Origin: an uncultured Gemmatimonadales bacterium
Lineage (GTDB): Bacteria; Gemmatimonadota; Gemmatimonadetes; Gemmatimonadales; Gemmatimonadaceae
Assembly: GCA_963850905.1 (NCBI GenBank)
Contig: CAWKMU010000003.1
Span: 1,504,001 to 1,568,000 of the forward strand
Reading direction: 5' to 3'
Length of the DNA stretch: 64,000 bases
Below the pieces are notes generated by a model that saw only the letters and a list, made by a program, of their open reading frames with translations, did not search any database and had not been told where the DNA came from. Positions 56,109-64,000 of the stretch are shown in pieces. The position numbers and the translations under genes were made by a program. The stretch's first letter is position 1. Every line of letters starts with the position of its first letter.

Positions 56109-58007
56109 ATGGACGCTGCGATCAAACATCGCAGGCTGGCGGTCGCCGCCATCTGTCTCGTGGTGGCGGGTGGCTTTGCATGCTTCCGAGGCGACTCCCT
56201 CGTCGACCCCCCGGGGACAGCAGGCTACCGACCTCCCGACCCCCACGTAACCGCTATCACGCTCGCGCCGACTTCAGTCAATGCGCCGACGGGCGCTCAA
56301 GTCCACATTTCGGCTGACCCTATTGGCCCTTCTGGCGCTCCCGTGGCGGCCGATGTCGTCGCTTGGGTGTCGTCCGACCCCGATGCCGCAACTGTGTCGG
56401 GCTCAGGGATGGTCTCGCTACTTCACCGGGGCAAAACGACGATTACCGCCATCGCGGACGGAGTGACGGCGTCCGTCGCAGCCGTGGCCGAGGCACCGCT
56501 GGCGGCTTCGATGACGGTCACGCCGAGCACCAGCTTGATCGAGGCGGGTCAGCAGGTGCAGCTGATCGCGGTCGCGTACGATGCAACCGGTTCCGTCGAC
56601 TCCGGCGTGACGGTAACTTGGTCGTCCTCAAACACGGGAACGGTATCGGTGTCCAGCGGGGGTCTGGTGACGGCGATCGCGGTCGGCGTGGCAACCATTA
56701 CGGCGTCATCCGGCAGTGTGCGCTCGACGGCGACGATCCAAGTCACCTCCTCTACACCCGCAGTGGCGACGGTATCGGTCGCGCCGAACACGTCGTCGCT
56801 TTATCCTGGGAGCAATGAGCAGTTGACGGCTACGCTAAAGGACGCGGCGGGCGACATCCTGGGTGGCATCCCCGTAGCATGGTCGACATCGAGCGCGGGT
56901 GTTGCTTCCATTTCCGCTAGCGGTGTCGCGTTGGCGAACGCCATCGGATCGGCAACCATAACTGCGACTGCTGGTGGACACAGCGGCACCGCGACAGTGG
57001 ACGTCACGGCTCCGGTCGTCGCGTCGGTGTCTGTCAACCCCAGTTCTGGAACGATTAGCATCGGGCAAATCGAGCAATTCACGGCCACTCCCCTCGACGC
57101 CCAAGGCGCGCGGCTGAGCGTTCAAGTTTCGTGGAGCTCTAGCGACCCGAGCATGGCGTCGGTGTCGGCGAGCGGCGCCGTAACGGGTGATGCGGCGGGA
57201 TCGGTCAGTATCACCGCATCAGCAGGCGGCGTCACCGGCGCCGCGGCGGTGACGGTGCAATCGGGGCCGCCTGGTGGGTACCACGAGCCCTCAGGCATGG
57301 CGACTCAGATCAACACGGGGCCGATTACGTCGACGAGCGTGGTGACCACCTTCAGCCCGTCCACGATGACCTCTACCGGTGAGTGGATTGGGAACCTGAG
57401 TCTTGTGCCGGGAGGGACTGGCCTTCGGCTGACGTACACCACGAGCCTCGCGGCTGGCAACTCGCCGGTGCGCTTTGGCCACGGAATCGCGTCCGCGGGG
57501 ACGGGTTGGTACTATCAGCGCATGAAGGTCCGTTTCTCGTCGAACTGGACCAACGGGAACAATCCAATCATCAAAATGTGTGAGCCGCGGACCGAGCAGA
57601 CTGGTAGCGGTACGGGGCCCAACGAGAACCATGTCATTGGCGGCTGGGCCGGCAGCGCTCCCACCAAGAGCTATCTAACGGTGTTGTTGCAAGGCCCGAA
57701 TAACAATTTCCGGGACCTGATCGAACAGCCGCAGAGTAATCCTCAAGCGAATATGAGTGACGGGAACTGGCACGTCATGGAGGTGCTCTTCGGTCCCGAG
57801 TCATCCCCGGGTGCCGGCAATGGGACGTACCAGGGCTGGGTCGACGGCGTGCAAATCGCGAATTACACCAACGTGCTCTGGCTCGCGCCCGGCAACAATG
57901 TCGGCTGGCCATACCTCATGTTCGACCCGGTGTACGGTGGGACCAAGAGCAGTCCGCCCTATACCATGTACTGGGACGTCGATCAGATCTACGTCAGCAC
58001 CCGCTGA
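56109..58007 (+). CDS. Lipoprotein: four Big_2 domains plus the same lyase/lectin-like domain (paralog 3)
   Basis: GGAGGGG RBS, FAC lipobox, four W.SS...A/VSV...G.V repeats, C-terminal domain YHEPSG...YVSTR. Confidence 0.82.
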   Translation: MDAAIKHRRLAVAAICLVVAGGFACFRGDSLVDPPGTAGYRPPDPHVTAITLAPTSVNAPTGAQVHISADPIGPSGAPVAADVVAWVSSDPDAATVSGSGMVSLLHRGKTTITAIADGVTASVAAVAEAPLAASMTVTPSTSLIEAGQQVQLIAVAYDATGSVDSGVTVTWSSSNTGTVSVSSGGLVTAIAVGVATITASSGSVRSTATIQVTSSTPAVATVSVAPNTSSLYPGSNEQLTATLKDAAGDILGGIPVAWSTSSAGVASISASGVALANAIGSATITATAGGHSGTATVDVTAPVVASVSVNPSSGTISIGQIEQFTATPLDAQGARLSVQVSWSSSDPSMASVSASGAVTGDAAGSVSITASAGGVTGAAAVTVQSGPPGGYHEPSGMATQINTGPITSTSVVTTFSPSTMTSTGEWIGNLSLVPGGTGLRLTYTTSLAAGNSPVRFGHGIASAGTGWYYQRMKVRFSSNWTNGNNPIIKMCEPRTEQTGSGTGPNENHVIGGWAGSAPTKSYLTVLLQGPNNNFRDLIEQPQSNPQANMSDGNWHVMEVLFGPESSPGAGNGTYQGWVDGVQIANYTNVLWLAPGNNVGWPYLMFDPVYGGTKSSPPYTMYWDVDQIYVSTR

Positions 58008-58035
58008 TTAGCAGACGGGGCAGGCCCGCCGAGCC

Positions 58036-59364
58036 CTACTCAATTCTTCGGGTTGCGCTTCCCGCGCGTGCAAGTTCGATGTATCTGGGGATCAGATCAC
58101 ACCCGATCTTCTCCCATGAGTAGTGCCGTTCGACCGTAGCTCGCGCCGCGGCGCCGAGCCGTTTTCGCAGCGCCGCGTCTGTCGTGACGGCTTGCACTGC
58201 CTCGGCGAACGCAACTGGATCGTCCCGAACGAGAATGTTAGCGCCGTCGCACGCCTCGAGTCCCTCACAGCCAACGCTCGTGCTGACCACCGCCTTCCCC
58301 ATCGCCCACGCATCCAAGATCTTGATTCGGGTCCCGCCGCCGACCCGAATCGGCACAATGTAGCACGCGGCTGCTCGAATCGCGGGCCGTACATCCTCCA
58401 CATACCCGGTCAGTTTGACGCCGAACCGTTCCTCATAGGCCCGGCGGTGCAGGTCAGTTGCTCTACCGATCCACTGAACGGGCACCGCCGACCCTGCCGC
58501 TCGCAGATGGGGCAGGATGGACTCGCAAAAGAAATCCAAACCATCTCGATTCGCAAAAGAGCTCAGCCCGCCCACTGCGACGAGACCGGTAGGAGCGACG
58601 TCGGTACTGGGCGTAAATGTGCTTACATCGACCCCGTTGGGCACAACCGCGAATCGGGCAGTGGGAGCAATGGACCTCAACGCTGCCTCGTCGACAGGCG
58701 ATACCGTGAGGTTGAGGGCGACTCGCGGGCACCACAGTCGTTCCTCATCTTCGGTAAGGCGCGCTTGGAGCGCGACGAAATGTTGGCGCAGCACACCTCG
58801 CTCAGCAGCCGCTCGACGACGCAACAGCACTGACTGCGCGTCATGGTGCGTGCAAACAATAGGCAGTCGGCCCAACTCCCCGAAATAGCCGGACAGGTCT
58901 AAGCTGTCGGCGTGCACGAGGTCGAACCGCTGACGAGATATTGCGATCCGCAACCGATGGAGGAAGTCGGCCGATTCATATGCGAACACAGTGTAGGCCC
59001 TCTGTTTGGCCACACTTCTCGCGTGGTCCCACAACAATCGGACCTTCGAGTGCTCCTGCGGAATCGGAAAGGCTTCGATCTTGCCGTATTCGCCAAGAGC
59101 GGCGAGCGCTTCGCCGACATCCGTGTGAAACAGGCCAGGCTTGTGGCGATAGAAGCAGAGCGCTGTAATGTCGAACGCGCCCGAGAGAAGGCGCATAATG
59201 TGGTACGTTCTGATCTTGGCACCGCCATCTGGGGGGTAGGGAAGGCCTTGTGACAAGAACAGCAGCTTGAGGCGGTCACGTGTGAGTGATTTAGTCACGT
59301 AGTGGTTTTCTCTCCGTGAAAACAGGGCGCGACGTCCGCCGGCCTGCGGCGTGGATTCCATCAC
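58036..59364 (-). CDS. GT4 glycosyltransferase (type found in PEP-CTERM EPS loci)
   Basis: PYPPDGGAKIRTY, VPNGVD, TGYVEDVRP, GGGTRIKILDAWAMGKAVVST..G.EG, YSW. Confidence 0.9.
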   Translation of the reverse strand: MMESTPQAGGRRALFSRRENHYVTKSLTRDRLKLLFLSQGLPYPPDGGAKIRTYHIMRLLSGAFDITALCFYRHKPGLFHTDVGEALAALGEYGKIEAFPIPQEHSKVRLLWDHARSVAKQRAYTVFAYESADFLHRLRIAISRQRFDLVHADSLDLSGYFGELGRLPIVCTHHDAQSVLLRRRAAAERGVLRQHFVALQARLTEDEERLWCPRVALNLTVSPVDEAALRSIAPTARFAVVPNGVDVSTFTPSTDVAPTGLVAVGGLSSFANRDGLDFFCESILPHLRAAGSAVPVQWIGRATDLHRRAYEERFGVKLTGYVEDVRPAIRAAACYIVPIRVGGGTRIKILDAWAMGKAVVSTSVGCEGLEACDGANILVRDDPVAFAEAVQAVTTDAALRKRLGAAARATVERHYSWEKIGCDLIPRYIELARAGSATRRIE

Positions 59365-60157
59365 TCAGCTGCTAGCTCCTGATCGCTGCCAGGCTCCGCC
59401 AAAATACAACTGACTCGGTTCACGAACAGTTCGCGTGCGGGCGAATGCCGCAACCAGTTCAACCCCCAACTGCAGTCGTACCGTTTGAACGTGCAGCGAA
59501 GACCTGACTCTTTCACCAGGCGCTCGAATTTCGCGAGCGACATCTGGCCGAGCCCCCCTCCCAGTACGTTCTCGGCCCATCGGACCGAAATAGGGAACGC
59601 GCCGACATTACAGTTTGCTCCGAAAACAAAAGTTGCACCCACGACAACCAGCAGAAGTACGCCATGTGAGCGCCCCAAGGCGCGTACCAGGGCGGCGCGA
59701 AGGTGATGAAGATTTTCCCGCCGGGCGCCAGTGTTTTGCGTATTTCGGCCAAAATCTCTGTTGGATTCAGGAAATGCTCGAAGCTGTTCTGGCTAATCAC
59801 GACGTCGCTTCGAGTGCCGCTGGGGATCTTCGACACGAAGCGTACCTTGTTCTCCACGCCTTTCTCGCTGCTGCGCCGGCTCGCGGCTTGAAGACACTGT
59901 TCGTTTGTGTCGACGCCGATCACTTGACATCTCCCAGTCATGGCGAACGCCACAGCCTGATACCCCAGGCCACAACCGAAATCCATCACGACCTTGCCCT
60001 GCAGTTCACTCTCGATGTCAGGAAAAACCTCGCGGAGCCGATCGAGTTCCTTCCCGTCCTCCCAATGGACTCCTTATCATAGGATAATCGGGCGTTCCTG
60101 GCGCACGACAGAAAAGCAATAGTGCACGTACGCGCCATCCGCGAGCTGCTGCAGCAT
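59361..60157 (-). pseudogene. Class I SAM methyltransferase with two to three apparent frameshifts
   Basis: DFGCGLG, NSFEH, LAPGG, PPWYAPWGAH; C-terminus continues in another frame after a G run near 59555; 5' part shifted near 60070. Confidence 0.75.
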
Positions 60158-60253
60158 GGGTTGCGTTGCTCACCGGCGTTCCCTCCTGCTTCTGCCTCCC
60201 ATGGTAAGCCATGAGTCGTGGCACGCGAGCGAGGGGCGTGTCTCGCGGTTCCT

Positions 60254-62305
60254 CTACCGCTCGAGCGTAGCGCCACTCATGCACCGAGCCAGCGTTTGGA
60301 TCGTGGTGGTGTTGATGCGTGGAGACCCGAAAGCGCGCGCGACATTCATCGCGGGCTTTCGCGGCCGTAGCACGCGTTGCAACCCCATCCCAAGCCGGGA
60401 GAGCGCCTGCACGGCGACGGTCGGTAGCCAGATCACTCGCAAGTCGGGATTGCGTCGCCGCAGCTCATGCACAAGCTCTCGTCGTGTAGGTAGCACTGGC
60501 GCCACGAGATTCAGCAGCCGCGGGGCTTCGTCGAAATGCGCGGCCATCCAGAGCAGCGTGCGGGCGGCGAACTGGACGTCGACAGCGCCAATAGGATCAC
60601 CAGGCGACCCGACAGCGACGAAGAGGTTGCCAAGACGGCGGCCAAGCCGGCCGGGCGGCTCATACTTCGCGTAGTCTACGAGAGCTCCAGGTCGCACAAT
60701 CGCAACCGCAACACCTAGCTCCTGTCCTAGCTGCTGCACCAGCTTCTCGGATTCGAGTTTGCCCCATACATAGGGACCCGCTTCGCGCGGCTTCGGGTGG
60801 AGGGGGGTCGCCTCTGACAGACCGTCTCGGCTCCTCGCCGACGAAAGCACTGCCATGCTGCTCACGTGAATGAACTGTCGCACGCCGGCGGCGGCGGCGG
60901 CTCGAATCGCGTTTGCGCTCGCATCGATCGAATTCGCTTGATGTTCTCCCCAGCCTCCCGCGGTCTCCGCAGCGCAGTGGATGACGACGCATGCTCCGGC
61001 AAACGCGTCTGCTACAGAGTCTTGGCGGGCGAGGTCCGCAACGACGTATTGCACCCCCGGCTCGCAGTCCCAGCTTGCTGGCAATCGGCGCGCGATAGAC
61101 GCGACGGGCCTGCCTGCCGCGCGAGCGCTTCCCACCACTGCGCGCCCCAACATGCCAGTGCCCCCCGTTACAACAATCGTTGGCTGGCTGGTAGAAGCCG
61201 TCGGTTGGCGGACTCGCTCATCGAGATCGGCGAGGCCGGTGGCGACTTGTTCCCACACTCGAACCGACTGCAAAATGCTGTCGTCGGACATGGGCGCCTC
61301 ATTTTCGCCGCGCGCAGCGTCGTAAAACGCCGAGAATAGCTCGGTCAAGCCCGGGTAATAGCGTTGCCGCGCCAAAACACGGCGGCCCAGTGCAGCCGTT
61401 GTGCCCATGCCGAGCTGCCACGCTAGCTGGTACGGCGCGAGAAGTTTGTCGATTCCGGACGTGCCCGGCCCTATGTGCCGTTGGACCGTGCCACGGACGA
61501 AATCCGCATGCACCGATCCATTGCTACCGACAACTCGGAGATAACTCTCGACCGGACGGCCTTCGAGCGTGACTGTGAGCACTCCTGTCGTGGCGCCTCG
61601 CCGCAGGAGCGAGTGGATGGTCCCACCAGCTCCAATCTCGGTGGCCGCCAATTCTATGGGCCCCGACCCCGCGCGCTCGAGCACAGACAGCAGCAGATAT
61701 ACGGGGTGGGGCAGGATGTCGAGGAGTTGCAGGTCGGGGCGGAGAGGCAATCGTCCGTCGGGCGTACGTCGGACCGGCCGGAATGAGAAGTAACTCTCAA
61801 TGTGGCTGATCGTGCCGAGGGCCGGAAGTAACTCCCGGAGGCGACGTGCAGGCGCTTCATACAGCAGCTGATGTCCTGCACACATGATGAGGCCATGCGC
61901 TCGCGCCCTCGAGAAGAGGGCTCTCGCTTCGGCGACCGTCGGCGCGAACGGTTTCTCGATGTACGTGTGGCATCCTGCATCGAGGGCCAACCTACCGAGC
62001 GCCGCGTGCGTTTGAGGCGGAGTAACGATGTGGACAACGTCAGGTCGAAGCGATTCGAGCAGAGCGTCTAAACCCGTGAAGACCTCCGCGGCCGGTGCGA
62101 TCTCCTTCATGGCCGCGACCATTTTCGGATCTGGCTCGGCGACTCCGACGACCGTGGCGTCCGGGGCCAACCGGGTGACGGCGCGCGCGTGGTGCTGCGC
62201 CATCTTGCCGCCGCCTGCGATCGCGATACGCAATCCGCGGCCCTTCGGGACGATGCGAAGACTGTCTGTCTTTCCTACGGACACGATCTGCGAGATGGCG
62301 CTCAC
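60254..62305 (-). CDS. Fusion of a Gfo/Idh/MocA oxidoreductase and an extended SDR (NAD-dependent epimerase/dehydratase)
   Basis: IAGGGKMA, TPPQTH, EKPF, DILPHP; then VTGGTGMLG, HCAA, HVSS, YVWGK, VRPG. Confidence 0.85.
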   Translation of the reverse strand: MSAISQIVSVGKTDSLRIVPKGRGLRIAIAGGGKMAQHHARAVTRLAPDATVVGVAEPDPKMVAAMKEIAPAAEVFTGLDALLESLRPDVVHIVTPPQTHAALGRLALDAGCHTYIEKPFAPTVAEARALFSRARAHGLIMCAGHQLLYEAPARRLRELLPALGTISHIESYFSFRPVRRTPDGRLPLRPDLQLLDILPHPVYLLLSVLERAGSGPIELAATEIGAGGTIHSLLRRGATTGVLTVTLEGRPVESYLRVVGSNGSVHADFVRGTVQRHIGPGTSGIDKLLAPYQLAWQLGMGTTAALGRRVLARQRYYPGLTELFSAFYDAARGENEAPMSDDSILQSVRVWEQVATGLADLDERVRQPTASTSQPTIVVTGGTGMLGRAVVGSARAAGRPVASIARRLPASWDCEPGVQYVVADLARQDSVADAFAGACVVIHCAAETAGGWGEHQANSIDASANAIRAAAAAGVRQFIHVSSMAVLSSARSRDGLSEATPLHPKPREAGPYVWGKLESEKLVQQLGQELGVAVAIVRPGALVDYAKYEPPGRLGRRLGNLFVAVGSPGDPIGAVDVQFAARTLLWMAAHFDEAPRLLNLVAPVLPTRRELVHELRRRNPDLRVIWLPTVAVQALSRLGMGLQRVLRPRKPAMNVARAFGSPRINTTTIQTLARCMSGATLER

Positions 62306-62551
62306 AATCGAAGATTGGCTGGCTAGAGTACGATATCAAGTGCCGCAACCCGGTGAAGCGGCGTTGTGACACGGCGGTAAGTTGGGGGTGTGTGCCGGAC
62401 GCCGGCACACGCCCACCTTGGCTGCGCAAGGGACGCGCCGTCGGGTTGAAGTCTTGAATGCTGGACGAACGATATCGGCCGTTGGCACCTGTCGGATCTG
62501 CGCGACAGTCGATTGTTTGTAGGCCTGGCGGCTGACTATCCATCCAAGCGA

Positions 62552-63505
62552 ATGAATAGCGCTCGAAGGCTGGTGGAAGGAGGGCTGGTTTGGTGCGGCG
62601 TCGACCGGTGGGCGGTCCACCGGCGGCGGCGCGGGCAGGTCATCGTGCTCGCCTATCACAACATCATCCCCGACGATGTCCCCGCCGCGGGTGACCGATC
62701 GCTGCACCTGCGGCGCAGCCGCTTCGCCGAGCAACTCGACGTGCTGCTCGACTCTTACGACGTGATTCCGTTGCCGGACATCTTCTCGGACCGACCGCGG
62801 GACGCGCGTCCGGCCGTGGCGATCACCTTCGACAATGCGTACCACGGTGCGCTGACGCTCGGCGCCATGGAGTTGCAGGTTCGCCAGCTGCCAGCCACAA
62901 TGTTCGCAGCCCCAGGACTTCTCGGCGGCGACAGCTTCTGGTGGGACGCGCTTGCCGGCGCCGCCGACCTGAGTACTGGCGACCGGGAGTACGCGCTGGG
63001 GGAATTGCGTGGTGATGGGGCCGCCGTACGCGCCTGGGCAGCGCGCGCGGGGCGGCCCTGGCAAGAGATGCCGGCGTGGGGTCGTCCCGGCACTGAATCT
63101 GAGCTTGCCGCATGGGCGATGGTCGACTCATTCGCCGTTGGGGTCCACACATGGCGCCACGCGAATCTCTCGCGTTTGGCAGCGACCGAGCTCTCACACG
63201 AGCTCGCAAAGCCATTGGAGTGGCTCCGTAACCGATTCGGCAAACGGGTGCTGCCGTGGCTCACGTATCCATACGGCGTGTCAACGTCCGCCAGCGCCAC
63301 CGCTGCGAAGGCGCTCGGCTACAATGCGGCTCTCGCCGTCTCAGGCGGGTGGCTTCCCCCCCGGATTACGGATCCATACCTGCTCCCGCGGCTGAATATT
63401 CCGGCAGGATTGACAGCCAATGGCTTCAGGCTGCGGCTGGCGGGAATCGTTGGCAGCCCTGTTGCGCCGACGCTACACTCGGATCGGCCCGCTCCGGCGC
63501 CTTAA
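62552..63505 (+). CDS. Polysaccharide deacetylase (NodB/IcaB-like)
   Basis: VLAYH, ITFDNAY, FWWD, HTWRH, TYPYG, LPR. Confidence 0.85.
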   Translation: MNSARRLVEGGLVWCGVDRWAVHRRRRGQVIVLAYHNIIPDDVPAAGDRSLHLRRSRFAEQLDVLLDSYDVIPLPDIFSDRPRDARPAVAITFDNAYHGALTLGAMELQVRQLPATMFAAPGLLGGDSFWWDALAGAADLSTGDREYALGELRGDGAAVRAWAARAGRPWQEMPAWGRPGTESELAAWAMVDSFAVGVHTWRHANLSRLAATELSHELAKPLEWLRNRFGKRVLPWLTYPYGVSTSASATAAKALGYNAALAVSGGWLPPRITDPYLLPRLNIPAGLTANGFRLRLAGIVGSPVAPTLHSDRPAPAP

Positions 63506-63589
63506 TCGTAAATACTTGTTGCATAAAGACTTACATGGCAATATGTTGAGAGGGGTCGGGGCCGTTTCCTTGCACGCTGGAAAGGGCAC

Positions 63590-64000
63590 ATGAGAGCAGC
63601 GCCAAGTACCGTCTCCCGGCCAGTGCCGCCGGGCGCGAGGCCGCTTGCCGGTCGCCGCCCCGCCGCCGTGCGCCTGCTGCCCAAAGGTCCGCTGACCGTG
63701 CCCCGCGATCCCTTTCACCTCGCGGTGCTCACCCTCGTGCTGCTGAACATCAGCCGCATGCATAAGCAGTTCCCGATGGTGAAGGCGATGCGGCCGGAGC
63801 TCGTCCTGACCATCGTGTGTGTCGGTCTTGCGTACGCCAAGCCCGCGTTCCTCTCGAAGCGGCACTTGCTGGAGACGTGGCCAGCGCGTGGAGTCGCGAT
63901 CTTCGGTGTTCTGGCCGTCCTGTCGACGTTCTTCGGCATCTCGCTGGGCCACTCGGCTGTTTTCATTCTCAACAATTACGTGAAGACGATCATCTTCACG
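63590..64000 (+). CDS. Multi-pass membrane protein, possibly O-antigen ligase/Wzy family, 3'-truncated by the window edge
   Basis: Open frame from ATG 63590 to the edge (..RDPFHLAVLTLVLLNISRMH..RPELVL..STFFGISLGHS..YVKTIIF); hydrophobic; polysaccharide-locus context. Confidence 0.55.
   Translation, partial: MRAAPSTVSRPVPPGARPLAGRRPAAVRLLPKGPLTVPRDPFHLAVLTLVLLNISRMHKQFPMVKAMRPELVLTIVCVGLAYAKPAFLSKRHLLETWPARGVAIFGVLAVLSTFFGISLGHSAVFILNNYVKTIIFT

Noticed and set aside
63536..63550. Sigma54-like TGGCAATATGTTGA before the last gene
   Set aside because: Spacing is one base short and the -12 GC is missing

Overview
High-GC bacterial DNA. The gene content (PadR with an ADOP duplicated permease, XrtA-type polysaccharide genes, Big_2 lipoproteins) suggests Gemmatimonadota or possibly Acidobacteriota; this is an inference. 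1-13.7 kb holds mixed accessory genes. 13.8-21.5 kb holds a MoxR/DUF58 operon and an acyl-CoA dehydrogenase. 21.6-28 kb is a metH-yitJ-cbiX block led by a SAM-II riboswitch with an intrinsic terminator; it carries seven apparent +1 frameshifts that look like sequencing errors. 30-64 kb is a large surface-polysaccharide region. Highlights: (1) a Campylobacter-type O-methyl phosphoramidate (MeOPN) precursor pathway in which the Cj1415-like kinase is fused to the Cj1418-like glutamine kinase, with no Cj1421/22-type transferase visible but a convergent sulfotransferase-fold gene that could fill that role; (2) four c-di-GMP-I riboswitches, three each leading one of three tandem paralogous Ig-domain lipoproteins with a shared lyase/lectin-like C-terminal domain, and one leading a 41-aa mini-lipoprotein; (3) intergenic hairpin elements with G-rich heptamer-repeat arms. 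No rRNA, tRNA, CRISPR array or transposase was recognised. All product calls come from reading motifs by eye, not from database searches.
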